A stretch of DNA of 64,000 nt. Origin: Octopus sinensis (lineage: Eukaryota). The notes under the pieces were generated by a model. The model saw only the letters and a program-made list of their open reading frames with translations. It searched no databases and was not told the DNA's origin. Numbering within the stretch: position 1 is the first letter of the stretch; each line of letters opens with the position of its first letter. Positions 46,520 to 61,603 of the stretch are shown here, in pieces. Both the position numbers and the translations under genes were made by a program. The stretch is from NCBI RefSeq assembly GCF_006345805.1, contig NC_042999.1, positions 113,212,001-113,276,000 on the forward strand, in the 5' to 3' direction.

Positions 46520-47690
46520 AGTGGATAAGGAAAGTTTAAGTCATGAAAAAACCACTAGTTAAAAAATTTATAGATGAATTACATAAAAAGTATATATTAG
46601 TACCAGCAGTTAAAGCAGCAGGGAATTTTGTAATAATTTGTAAAAAATATTATATGATAGTTACAGAGAAAGAAAGATTGAGTGGTTTAGAAATGGAAGA
46701 AAAGGATAAAAATATCCCTAAACTTTTGGGAATTCCTAAACTACATAAGGTTCCTTTTAAAAATAGATTCATAGCAAAACTAGAAATTGTAGAAATAAAC
46801 AGCTATCTATATTGATTAATGATGCTTTAAAAGTTGTTAGACCATATTTTAAAACATACTGTGACTAAGTTTATAATAGTTCAGGAATTAATTATTTTTG
46901 GAGTATTAAATCAACTAAAGAATTTTTGGGTGTAGACTGATTAAACGTAAGAAAGTTTAGAGTCTGTATGTGTATGATTTTTCGACACTATATACAAACT
47001 TAAACCGTAATTGTGTGAAAGATGGTATTTTTAGAATATTAGATATTATTTTTAATAAAGGATATTAATGTATATCTTTAAATGATGGTAAGAGTTTCTT
47101 GTCTAATTGTTGTTATATGGAATATACTAATATAATTAAAAGAAAAATGAAAGAAATAGTTTTATGATTAATAATTCGTTTGTAATGCTTGCAGGTAAGG
47201 TGTTTGAGCAGGTTAGGGGAATTCCAATGGGTGGAAATTGTAGCACCCTATTGGCGGACCTTTACCTTTCGTCATGCAAGTTCCTTTTTTCTTAACGACC
47301 TCTGTGCTAGAAACAAGATAGGTTTGCTTAAACAACTTAATGGATGCTGCTGATACATAGACGATATATTTATTTTTAATTATGGTTTCTTTGAGATTTC
47401 ATTCAGAAAAATATACTTTAGTGAGCTTGTAGCCACCAGAAATGGTAATAATATAAGAAATATTAATTATTTAGATGTCAATCTAGTAATTAAGGATAAC
47501 AATGAAATATGCACTGACATTTATGATAAAACAGAAAATCTTGGTTTCCAAATGACTTTAATGCCATGATTCGGTAGTAAAATTCCTTCTTTTAATGGTT
47601 ATGGTGTTTTTGCAGGGCCGATCGTTAGATATAGTGCTAATAATGCTAATAAATTTTTGGAAAGAATAAATAAGCTGTTAAGACATTTTG
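46520..47690 (+). mobile_element. Third Penelope-like element, RT region only (Naiad-like by motif, inferred)
   Basis: LHKKYILVPAVKAAGNFVIICKKYY, IPKLHKVPFKNRFIA, YDFSTLYT, QVRGIPMGGNCSTLLADLYL, *YIDDIF, NYLDV, IYDKTE..GF, with stops and frameshifts. Confidence 0.8.
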
Positions 47691-47967
47691 TCGAACCGCT
47701 TAGTCAAGGGGACGTAAACACACCAACATCAGTTGTCAAGCGATGGCGGTGGTGAGGAGGACAAACACACACACCCACACACACACATAAATATATGCAT
47801 GCATATATATGACGGTTTCGGTTTCTGTCTATCAAATCCACTCACAAAGCTTTGGTCGGCCCGAGACTATAGTAGAAGACACTTGCCCAGGGTGCCACGC
47901 AGTAGGAATGAACCTGGAACCATGTGGTTGGGAAGCAAGGTTCTTACCACACAGCCACGCCTGCGCC
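47690..47967 (-). mobile_element. SINE-2: tRNA-like head, internal microsatellite and truncated 3' half in one copy
   Basis: Minus strand GGCGCAGGCGTGGCTGTGTGG (A-box), GGTTCATTCC (B-box-like), CCTGGGCAAG (CORE-like), microsatellite, then TGTCCTCC...GTTTACGTCCCC. This links the two halves as one family. Confidence 0.88.
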
Positions 47968-48769
47968 TATGTGTCTGTGTGTATATATATATATATATAT
48001 ATATTATATGTTTGTGTGTGTGTATAAGTATACATACACACATACATACATACATACATACATACACATTCGTGCAAACGTATATATACATGCAGAAATC
48101 CGGGTAAAATACAAAAGTAAAAGTAACTGCAGAAAGAAGTGAAAAGCAAACAATTGGAGTGATGGCTCTTTTGAACTGATAATCTGAAGAAACAAGCTAT
48201 TTGTTAAACCTCGCCGGACTGTACAAAAATAGGAACATTCATTCTTCATATCTAGATTAAACTTTTCATTAAATAATTTCTATTGCTGTCGGACTATGGT
48301 AGAAGAATGCTCACTATAGCAATAGAAAATGTCGCCTTTGGTTGTCATTCTTAACTGAAATTGAATTATTTTTCACAGGCAAGTAAATGCTACAATTACA
48401 TTATTCAAAACTGCGTTTTACTTAAAATAAAAATTTGAAAAAAAAAGAAAAAAAAAAGAAAAAAATTCTGAAGAAGAGAATAATGAACTAAGATAGTTTG
48501 TCACAAACTCTACTTATACTTTTTCAACAGTGAATAATACAATAACATATTATTATATATGGACTATTTAACATTATAATTTCAAGTAGGCTGCAGTGGT
48601 AGGGAGCTATTCATTTATCGCATGATAACATAACAACCAAACTATCAATGTTGAGATTATTTGTGATGCATAATGTATTTACATTCTTACCTTTATTCCT
48701 GGTAAACATTAATAAAAGAAAGAAATAACTACTATAGTATAATTTATCATTGTTAAAATTCTGCTTCGA

Positions 48770-48870
48770 AAATATATGGATTGCAGTTCGAATCCATTGC
48801 ATAGAATCTTGAGCAAGTGTCTTCTACCATAAATCCAGATCAGCCCAAGATGTATCAGTGAAAATTGGTT
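48770..48870 (+). mobile_element. SINE-2 5'-half fragment, diverged
   Basis: GTTCGAATCC B-box followed by CTTGAGCAAGTGTCTTCTACCATA. Confidence 0.6.
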
Positions 48871-49712
48871 AGACGCGAATTTTGAGCAAGCCAATCAGAT
48901 GGATTGTATCTGATTAGTTGTCACCTCTTCTCCCTTTTCATTCCACTTCTATCGGTTGATATGCAAAAGAGTTGCATCCTGCCTCCCCCCTCTGATTCAA
49001 AGGTATGTCCATGTATGTATATATGCATTATGTATGCATGTATGTATATATTATGTTTGGGATTTTATTTTAAGTTTTTTCCCTTTGCAGAATTCAAACC
49101 AGTTTCCAACAAAGTACTTTTGTTTAAGTCAAAACAGCACTTGGGGTTTGGGGTCACTCAGATTGGTCGATGTATGTGTGGTGATGAGGTCATTGTTTAT
49201 GGATATGCATTCATAGTTATTCCAGATGTATATGTGGTTGTATGCATATGTTTGCCCAAGAGCCTCAAATATGGAATCCCTGAAATGTTTTGAAAATTTT
49301 CAGTTTTCCTGATCAGTTGCATCTGGAGAACCCAAATATTTCTAGTTTTCTATGCAGATACGTTGTTACGTAATTAAGTGTACATATGATAATAACATCA
49401 AACGAAAATTTGTGGTATATTGGCTAAAACCCTTAAGGGCAATGATCCAATATGGCCACGGCCCAAACGAAGACTTATTAGTTAAAGAATGAAGAATTCA
49501 ATTAAAATACTATTTTACTTGTCTCATTTCAGTGCCTAGACTACGGCTATTTCTGTCGAATTTTGAAATCTGAGTATATTTACTGTAATAAATATTAAGC
49601 ATTTATGAGTTCATACATTTGATTATATTATACCTTTGCGGGTTAAGTTCACTTACAATTTTAGATTAAAAAATCGCCCCCACCTAAAAAAGAAAGAAAA
49701 ACACATGGATTT

Positions 49713-50362
49713 ATTAATACCATAAGGTAATATTTATCCCCACTTAAAAGTGGATGTTGTGATAGAAACAGAATACTGTGATAGTTACCTTGAGAGAATC
49801 TCTTATATGGACTTGTGGTGCGTATAAACAATCTTGTTTATATCGCTAGCGGGAGATAAATCAATCACCATCGCTGTCGTCGGACAGCCAGATCATGTGA
49901 TTTCGGCCTTCCTTGCCCTGTCAATGGTAGACGTCAGGAGCGTGGAAATAACAGCGATTTCTCCGCTAGTGGTATATATAGAATCATGGCGCCTTATCAG
50001 ACACTGGCGTCGCAAGTAGCCAGAAGGCTTATTATAAAAATTATTAATAGCGACAGAAGCAGTATTAATACGAAAAGGCAAAATTTATCCCCATTTAAAA
50101 GTGGTAGTTGTATCAGAGTGCACAATACTGCGATATTTACTATGAGAAAACCTTTCTTATGGACTCGTTTACCTCGCTAGCGGAAGATAAATCAACTACA
50201 GTTATCGGCGTCGGGACCACCAGATCACGGGATTTCGGCCTCCCTTTACCTTCTCAGTGGTAGACGCCGAAGGTTGGAAATAGCAGTATTCTGTACTCTA
50301 ACACAACATCATCTTTAAACTGGTGATAAATATTACCTTTTGCTATTAATATTGCTTCTGTC
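49713..50362. mobile_element. 311-bp element with 38-bp TIRs (50052-50362) preceded by a diverged tandem partial copy (49713 to about 49965)
   Basis: TIRs 50052-50089 vs 50325-50362 match 33/38; period of about 351 bp between ATTAATAC..AAGG.AA.ATTTATCCCCA.TTAAAAGTGG at 49713 and 50064. Confidence 0.55.
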
Positions 50363-50524
50363 TGATAATTATTTATTAATCCCATATTTCCTCTTTCCTG
50401 AATATCGATGAAACAAAATGCATGCATTTCGAAATTTCTACATATCTTGGTTAGATTCATAAATACTTTAGGTATCAGAAAGTTGATGATCCTTTCTACC
50501 ATAGGTAAGAAAACTTTAGATTTT

Positions 50525-50680
50525 ATAGGGAGGAGCTAATCGATTACATCGACCCCAGTGCTAAACAGTTATTTATTTTAGCGACTTCGAAAGTCAACTT
50601 CCTCTGCGAAATTTGAACACAGTATGTAAAAAGCCGCTCAGCATATCCGGCGTGCTAACGATTCTGCCAACCCGCCGCCT
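50525..50680 (-). mobile_element. SINE-1, internally deleted
   Basis: ATCGATTACATCGACCCCAGTGCT...AATTTGAACACAG...CCGGCGTGCTAACGATTCTGCCA.C.CGCCGCC. Confidence 0.8.
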
Positions 50681-50970
50681 TTGCCACTGTTTAATAATTT
50701 GTGATATAAACCAGTGATTTGACAAGATTCAAATAGTTTTGAGCACACGCTTCAGCTCCTTATGAACACAACCAACTGTTAATTTCTAAGTATACGACTA
50801 CAGTATGTTGTGTTAGGGTACAAGCATGCTAGGTTGTTGCTTCACATATCTAGGGGCCCAATCATTTCTGTGGTTTACTGTCAAAAAATAGATACTATGC
50901 GCGGTGCAAATAACCAGAAGGCTTCTTAAAAAGATATTCTGTGGCTTGCTGTCAATAAATAAATACTATA

Positions 50971-51186
50971 GTGCAGCGAACTAGCAGAATCCTTATCTCT
51001 CCGGGAAAAATGCTTAGCAACATTTCGCATACCTCAACATTCTGAGTCCAAAATCCACCGAAGTAGACCTTGCTTTCCATACTTTCAGGGTCGATAAAAT
51101 AAGTACCAGCTGAGCACTGGAGTCGATCTAATCGACCTTAGCCCTTTTCCCGAAACTTCTGGCCTTATGCCAAAATTTGAAACCAA
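50971..51186 (+). mobile_element. SINE-1, full length with perfect TSD
   Basis: CAATAAATAAATACTATA at 50953-50970 and 51184-51201; the body is the reverse complement of the 21557 copy. Confidence 0.92.
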
Positions 51187-51807
51187 TAAATAAATACTAT
51201 ATGGCCCAGTGCGCTGAAATGCCCAGGGACCTATAATGCTGTTAAAGTTGGCCCTACCACTAGATTAGCATTCCTATGAATAAGAACCGAGTTCGAGACT
51301 CGGTATCGATTCTTAGTAATTTCGTTCATTGATGTCCGTTGTGTTTTGTTAAGGAAGGCTTCAAAAGTTAAAATATTTTATTTGTTTTTCTTTCATATAT
51401 TCGTATCATTTGTAAGAAATCGATATCATTGGCAGCGTCATCACACGCAACGAACTGATTCCACTAAAGTGTTATTACCATGATTGAGAATGCATGAAGA
51501 AGGAGGAAGAGAAGCAAGGGAAGGAAAGATGGAGAAGGGGGATGAAGAAAAGAAGAAGAAGAAGAAGAAGAAGGAGGAGGAGGGGGAATAAAAAAAGTGA
51601 GGACGAGGTGAGGATGAATAAGAAAAATAATGATGTGATGTGAAGGAGGAGGAGTAAGGAAGACATTCGCCTATCCAGTTCCACTTTAGATACGTTAAAT
51701 GTAATCTATAGTATAAACACAACGGGGAACATTATCGGTAAATCACTAGTTGAAATATGAAAATCATCTCTGTCTCTCACATACAGACACACACACGCAC
51801 GCACACA

Positions 51808-53157
<1,350 letters not shown>

Positions 53158-53659
53158 ACCTGTCCTCGTAACTTTTTGATTCTGAGTTTCATTTTTCCTT
53201 ATAAATGAGCGAGTTATCTATATCTCATATTTTCTTTTATATACTTCTTATTCTTTACTACATTTTTCTCCTCTATGTAATATATACATTGATTTATAGT
53301 TAAATATATTATTAATAACATAGACATTAACAACATAGACTTATAAGAGTTTTGAAATATGACGAACTTTTTGCTTATGTCACACGCATACGTTCTAAAC
53401 ACGTGACACACACTACGCACATACATAGACACACCCACCCCATACACACGCACCAATTATCATAAGCACGACCATTACAGTTCTCATACTCCAAAGTCTT
53501 CCTATTTCAAATTTTAAGAGATTGTATTTTTTTTTTATTTTTCGCCCTCTTTCTTTACGATCCTGGAATCAAACGGGCATGATGGATCGATAAGTAAGCA
53601 ACTTCGCTTTTCCTTATCTATAATTATGTCCGGTTTATTATTTTCTAATTCTTGTCCAT

Positions 53660-55870
53660 TTGAATAGGGAAGTCCCACAAAATCTTACATTTCTCCTACT
53701 CCAGTACTCTTTCGACTCGATGATTGTACTATGTGTTTCTAGCTTAAAAATCTCCATTTCTGACAAAGTTTCCAGTGCAAAACTTTTACCATCTGGTCGT
53801 GCCTCCATTTTTTATATTCTTCCTGTGCCAAATTGTGGTATTCTGCTACAATGTGTGCCACTGTTTCGTTCCAAGTTCCACAGGCTCTATATTTTTCTGA
53901 CACATTCTCTTCACATCTATTTTTCTCAAGTTGCTTGTTTTTATCGCTTGATCTTGGCTCTCTGTTTCTTTTTTTAATTGCCCACTTTTTTTTAACCAAG
54001 CCCAGGATTTTGTTCCGCATACATCTTCAGTGGCTCTCCAAAATTGGCCATGTAGAGGCTTCTCTTCAATCTATCTGACGTGCTCTCTTTCTATATCATT
54101 CTTGTCCTTTACTCCTATTACCCGCTTCATCGCCTGTTCTTCATTTACTGTCTTTAGAAGTTTTTCTGTACTACCTTGTAAATGTTTTACTAGGGTTTTT
54201 CTTTCTATCTGTACACATTCTTCTACTGCTATTAAGCTTTTTCCACCCTGGCCTCTCATCAAGTACAGCCTGTTGATATCAGCTTTCGTATGGTGCACTC
54301 CATACATTGTCAACAACTTCCTAGTTTTTCTGTCAAGTTTCTTTAAATAGTTTTTGGTCCAGTCTATAATTCCAACTCCATATCTGATCAAGGGTACTAC
54401 TCTTGAATTTATTGCTTCCATAAGATTTTTTGAATTTAGCTTTGACTCAAATATTTTTTTTACTCTCCTTGTGTACTCCCTACTGTTAATTTGTTTCATT
54501 TCTTTTTTTTTTATATTTCGTCTGCTTTTAGTATCTCCAAATACTTATACTACTGACCTTTCTCAACCGCTCTCATTACTTGCCCATTTGGTATTTCAGT
54601 TCCCTGGCTTCTTTCAAATCTTCCTCGTTTCATTTTCAAAATAGTGCACTTTTCTATTTCAAAATCCATACCTACGTCATCTGAGAAAATGCAGATAGTA
54701 TGTACAAGTCTTTCAAGTTGTTTCTCATTTTTTGCATAAAAAGGAGATGATTTATCTGACCATTTCTTTTCCCAAATCATAAGCTCTTTTAACTTTTCAT
54801 AGTATCGTAGTGAGCGGTGTCATGGCCAATACGAATAGAATATTCCACGTCTGATGTTCACTTTTCCGAGTTTTTGTTTTCCTCCACCAATTCAGTATTC
54901 CAATATTTCATACTTTCATTAAGCATTTCTTCCATGTTTTTTGCTTTTTCAAACATGCTCATTGTTTTACCTATCTAACTGTGTGGTACCATGTCATATG
55001 CTTTTTTGTAATCTAGCCATGCTATATTCGTTCCCGTCAATCTGCGTCTACAGTTTCTAATTATCATTTTATCAACTAGTAAGTGATAGTAAGTGATCTA
55101 TTGTTGCCTTACTTAGTTTTCTGCATCCTTTCTGTTCTTCTGGAAGTAGATAGTTACTTTTCAGATGGTTGTATAACTCTTCTGCCAAAGCACCCGTCAT
55201 AAGCTTCAATATAAGTGAAAAACAGGTTATAGGCCGAACATTTGAAGCCAAGTTCATTTTCAAAGGATCCCTGAGGCATGACAGCGTTCGTCTACTTGTC
55301 ATCCAGGCAGGGAGGTGATCTGGTTGCAGGTATTCATTCAGTTGCGTAGTGATCCTTTCATGCAGCTGCGATTTTTTTAACTTCTGTCTCACCGTATATA
55401 GATTTATTTTGACGTCTTTTTGTCTTAGTACAGTCGCAAGTTGTCTTTCCAACTTTGTTTGCCACTCTGCACTTTCTTTATATCTCGCCGGCCTGTTCCT
55501 CATCCCTCCCTAAAATTCTTTGCTTTCTCTCGCATCTGGAATCAGTTTCTGGTGTTGGCCTCCCTCTATTTCCTCAAACAAACACCATTTGATTGGAGCC
55601 GTCTTTTCTATCCGAAACTTTGCATCTAGCATCATATCTTTTCGATCTAATACTGTCACCTTTTGTGTCAATTCTTCATGTACTGTTTGTTTTCGCTTTT
55701 CTGTACCGTCCATTCAATTTTCTGATTACTTCCTTATTCTTGAGCTCTCCTCTCATTAATTATCCTATTCAGTTGCCCCAGTTCTTACCATGTCTTTTCC
55801 AGCTTCGTTCGTATTCTCTTCATCAGAAGGAGAAGCAGTTTTACCTTCTCCTCATAGCAACATAGAAATT
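53660..55870 (-). mobile_element. Second R4/Dong-type non-LTR retrotransposon, decayed, different subfamily
   Basis: RPITCF..ILKLMTG, LPEEQKGCRK, WLDYKKAYDMVPH, RRGIF, FSDDVGM.F...KC, EYTRRVKKI.ESKLN, DRKTRKLLT, RLYL.RGQGG..LI, CRACGT..ETVAHIV, RHDQ. Confidence 0.88.
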
Positions 55871-55902
55871 TCATTTCAGCAGCTCATCTGTAAGATTTGT
55901 AG

Positions 55903-55903
55903 A

Positions 55904-55959
<56 letters not shown>

Positions 55960-56051
55960 GAGAGAGGGTGAGAGAGTGAGAGAGAGAGAGAGTGAGAGAG
56001 AGGGTGAGAGAGAGAGAGTGAGAGAGAGAGTGAGAGAGAGTGAGAAAGAGA
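55903..56051. repeat. (GT)n(GA)n compound microsatellite
   Basis: Direct inspection. Confidence 0.95.
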
Positions 56052-57999
56052 GAACATTGCAAACAATGAATGAAATAAAAATGAAATTTAAAAAATCATA
56101 TAAATAAGGGCATTACTACAGATGTATAGGCCCCCGACTTTGTTGCCTCATAACATCCAGGAAAATGGATACTTTTTAACAAAATTTTCTACAAATACCG
56201 CTTAGATGTTGTGGCTTCAGAGCATATAGGGATTTTGGGAAAGAATTCTTGCGAAGGCGTGGAAAGAGGAATTTCAGAAAATTCACACGATCTGACTATT
56301 TTTCTTCATAACTTTTAGGAAGACGGGTATCTTTTAATGAAAATTTATACAAATCCCTTTCAAACGGCATAGATTGCGATTATCAAGGAATTTTCCCATA
56401 TTTTCTTTTAACCACAGCCTTCGAAATGATGAGGTTGGCGGGGGGGGGGCATCATTATATGGAAAAAGTTTTGAAAACTCTTTTATTTTACACCCCACTC
56501 CCTCATTTTCAGTAAAAAAGTTTTTTTTAAATTGCTTATATTTTCAGAGGGAAAAATGATTTAAGGGCGATGTAGGGTTAGCAAAACATTCATCCTCCTC
56601 GTTTCTTTATCACTCTCGCATGCATTAATGTTTTTTAATATTTTTCGCCATAAATACGTTTATATGCTATAAGAAAGAAAATATGAGAAATTATGAATTT
56701 TTTAGAGCCTGAGAATGTCATTGGTGGCATTTATCCACGGTGATTTGAAAAAATTAGGGAGATGTACTTGCACATCAAATTACTCGATCCGAGTTCGTGT
56801 GCTGAAACAAAAGCAATTGCAGCCTGGAAGATGTTTGTAAACCATCCAAGGACATACAAATACCGTAAGTTTCACTTAAAACTTCATTTTCGTCAAAATA
56901 TTTTTGTCGCTTTGAAACCACGACCTATTCACTGACAAAACTTCACAAAAGTGATGCAGCACGTAGTTTTGTCAGTGAACAGCACACACAAACACACACA
57001 AACATACACTCAATGCCTTTCATTTGTATGTATATGTATCTATGTGTGTACGCGAGTGTGTATTGGTGAGTGTGTGCGTGTGTCACGATTGAAGTTGTGT
57101 TTGGAAACTGTGAATAAGGTGCAAGTTTCGATTTGTTTTTCTCTCCTCGTCTTCTAATAGTAATTACCCAACTTTTTAGGCTCCTCTCACAGCTAACCTG
57201 CGTTCAAAATACGGGTATTAAAAAAAATTCCATTCAATTAAATTGTGTATACATTAGTAGCGAATTAAAACTTAAAAGAGAGAGAGAGAGACTTTGCAAA
57301 TGGAAATGGAATACTCCGCAGTGAATGTAATGAATATTTAAATTCGTGATGAATTGGACGCAGTGAATATTTAAATTTACGAGAAATAATCTTGAGAAAT
57401 TGAGATTATAGGAAATTTCTTAGAACATGAATTTATAAAAATATTTCCAGACGGTCAAGTTTTTAATAATTGCTTTCTTTTAGTACTTTTAATAATTGTT
57501 ACATATCTAATTAATAAGCAGCTTTCTCCATTATAGTATAAATGTTTTTTGAGGTTGTTTTTGGACTGATTTATTGTACTCAAATTTCCCTCACTGTCTT
57601 GGCTTCTTTTTGAGTTAATTGACACCATTCTCATATGCCACAAAGTTACCCCATATTGTCATAAAATTTGCAAGGTCGAAAAACTTTTAATTTTGAAATA
57701 CAAATGTCATAATTGGAGCGCAGTTTGAAAAAGAGTTTTTTTTGCAGGAATGAAATTGTCGAACTCAGTATTCCCTGTTAAAAAAAAATCAAGATATTGA
57801 AACCTTGATATAAAATATCTATGTGTATCATTAACTTGTTTATCATCATGTCAAATTCAAAACTACAATTTTGGAGAAATAAAAAGCTAACCATTTTCAG
57901 GAAACCTTTGTTATAAATAAACACAATGACAATTTATAAAGTCAATAACAGACTTGTATTTTACTGTTATGTTTTCTGAACGATGTAGGGTTAGCAAAA

Positions 58000-58900
58000 C
58001 ATTCATTTTGTCACTCCATGAAACATTGTCATCCAAAAATTTTTCTCATCTTTTTAATTTTGCCTCGTATACCAATCATTTTCAACTACTCCTTTTTTAG
58101 ATACGTGTACAGTCAACCAGCTCTTCAAAGACTTCGTGCGAAACCTATAGTGTTATTTAGTGTAGGCGATGATCAGTTTCTTGTGAAAGTATTTAGCCGC
58201 AAGGTCAGTTAATTTATCTTCTTCAAAATATGTGATCAATGCTTCATGATTCTTTTTTAATCCCTGCAGTGAACAATTTCTCGATAATCATCTGACTTCC
58301 TTAAGTGATCTGATAGCTATTAGTTCATTTTTTGAGGTTCTGAATTTCTTTAAGCCTATATCTTTTAACTTTAGAACGATAAAACAGTAAGTAGCCTGTT
58401 CTTATCAAACTTCCTGTGTCTCTTATTAACATGACTTCTTTCCACGCATTGCATATACCAAAATCTTCACAGTACTGTTGAACTCGGAGTGGAATGACCT
58501 TTTCCAGCCCAACATTAATCTTGCTGTGTTATCATTAACTCTGACCAACATTACTTAAACTCCATCAACAAATTTCTTCTCTCCACAAAGCTGCCTCACC
58601 GCTGAAACAACAGGAGCTTCAAACATCTACGGCTAAACTATTTCACCAACTCCCCATCCTTTATGCACAGTAATAACCTTTAGATCTAAATCAAAAGTAG
58701 GAAATGAATATTTTGTTAATAGATATGTCTGTAGAGCAATGCAAAAATCTTCAGACACTATTTTTTCAAACATGCTTTTCTCTATAATATAATTGATAGT
58801 CTTCAGCAATTTCAATGCGTAACTTTTGCTTCATTAGCTGTGTAGAAGTTGAATATACGTTCACTATGTTTATTAATGTATTAAGAACTTTGATCGAATC
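58000..58900 (-). mobile_element. hAT-like transposase remnant (ZNF862-type domain pattern, inferred)
   Basis: Frameshifted minus-strand translation ...LMLGWKG...GYLLFYRSKVKRYRLKEIQ...SLKEVR*LSRNCSLQGLKKNHEALITYF..D..A resembles hAT YxFFxxSxKRxxxL and VRWLSR motifs. Boundaries are approximate. Confidence 0.55.
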
Positions 58901-59673
58901 TGGGTTTGATAATTTTCGATAAATTCCGATCACTTTTCTAACGGACAGGTAATAGCGGAATTTGTTGCTTGGGATATTTATACTATCCAAATGGGATTTA
59001 CTTGACAAATGATGCTACAAAAATCAAATTTCCAAAGATTATTCTGCCTTTTTTTATAGAAAATTCTCCTGAAACTTTCGTAACATGACAATACAAACAG
59101 AAAACTTCAGTTTCTGAATTGCATATAAATTTTTCTTGCAGCTAATTTTTCATGATGTAATGAGCTTTTAATGAAGCAGTTTCTACTATTTTGATAAGCC
59201 AATTAATTTCAAACAAATTTACAGGTATTTTATGCTTCATGATTGCATTTCTTTTGAATTCGACATAGTAAATCGATATTTTTTCCACTAAAAACTCAAT
59301 AACTTATCTGCAGAATTTGAAATTTATCTTCCTTAAATTCATATGAACTTTTTTCATCGAACATGGCTGCTGCCGCGTTGCTGTTGAACGAAGTAGATCA
59401 CAAAAGTGAGATGACGAAAATTAATGATAAGCAAGTGTAGTTTTTGAAAAGCCAACTAACTAGTTAACAAAAACAGTTATTTTCTATAAGAACAATTACT
59501 ACATAATTTTATGCAACTAAACGTTTGAGCGTACATGATTTTCTTACACACATGCGTACACGTTTGTGTCAATCATTTTAAAAAAGATTTCTTATATAAT
59601 TAATCATTTTTTAAGAAAATCTTTCTTCAAATATTGTGACGATAGCAAGTTCTATTGCAAAAACATTTTAAAG

Positions 59674-60158
<485 letters not shown>

Positions 60159-61603
60159 ATGGCAATTTACCTCAAGCTCCTATCTGGAATTTTTGAACGC
60201 CGATTCACACATTTCACTTTACCTTGAATTATTTCCAGATCAAGAGCCAACTAAAATATTTGTCAGTTAAATGTCAAATCTCACACGCCAAATACTTGGC
60301 CTTTCCTTGAAGATCAAAAACATTTTCTGAACAGTGTCATGCTTTTTTAGATTTCTTTTTAAACTTCAATGATCGATTCTTTTGCTTCAATAAGAAACGT
60401 AACACTCTCAGGCTATAAGCACACTCACAAACCTTTATCTACTACACTCGGTCATTTTCAAATATGCATTCAGCTGTTAGGCAATTGGTGGTTTATTCAC
60501 TGAAAGAGAATATCCTGGCAGATATATTACTGTTTAACAGTTCCTTAGTTTGTGTAGTTACCACGGACAAGCTCATACGGGAGCATCATATTACAATTTA
60601 GAATCGTGGATAATCTTGTCAATTGGGTCCCAGACAGTGACCTCGAAGAGTAATAGCCCGTATCTTGTTACCAATTCTTAGTACTCAAGAGTACTCTATG
60701 TGATTTTTCCCTCATCAGAGCTGCACTCTGAGTAATTTGCTTTTATCTTTCTTCTCTTCACCGGTAGTAAAATAACATACAGTTGTAGCACATTAGTCCA
60801 TGGTTAACCTGTGATATAATTTCAGCCTTTACCAGTCAGTCTTTTAAGGGATAGCTAGTACTACATAATCAAACGTGTGCTTATTTTTAAGATGGCAAGG
60901 TGTAATTTGAAGGTTATGTGAATGCTTTTTTTGTAGCAGAACAGGAAACAGCACAGAAGCTCATTAGTTGTTAGCTGTAATTATGCGTCTCAGGTCAGCT
61001 CTGATTGAGTAGCTCTATGTTGATGTCGTGATCATCTTGCCTTTTTACGTCAGACAAAATATAACTGCATCTATATAATCAGATACGCCATTCCATGTTT
61101 TAAATCAGCAGTATGCGATTAGCGCGAAAGTTTGCACGCAGATGCTCCCTTTTTTACTCGAATACATTGTATAAATAAGCTGCGGGCTCCATTGAAATCT
61201 ATTATATCACACTCGTTAAAAAATGATTTTGTACTTAATTACATGAACTCAATTTTACTGTGATTCTGCAGCTTAAATCAATAAATTGCATGTCTTTTGT
61301 CTAAATCATTGAGTTCTATCATCTATAAGTAAATAGGAGCGTACTATATAAGTTTATGTTGAAGAGATCGTAAAGAAATGCATACTAAATATTTAATACG
61401 TAAGGGAGCAACGTACGTAAAATGTATATATGTTGAGGGCTTACATATTTGAATAAATATGTCGCGCAATTATGTAAATGTGTGCATGTTAAGGAGCTTT
61501 AAACAAAAGCAGTGGAAAACATTCTTTATTGGTCTATTTGTGTAAGTTTTATTCGAACTCAGTTAAAACTTTTGTAACGTAAACTTAAGTGTAAGCAAAA
61601 CGC

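Noticed and set aside
47340-47365. In-frame TGA just before YIDD as a selenocysteine codon
   Set aside because: The position corresponds to Arg of RYIDD, so CGA>TGA decay is simpler, and the copy has many other stops and frameshifts.
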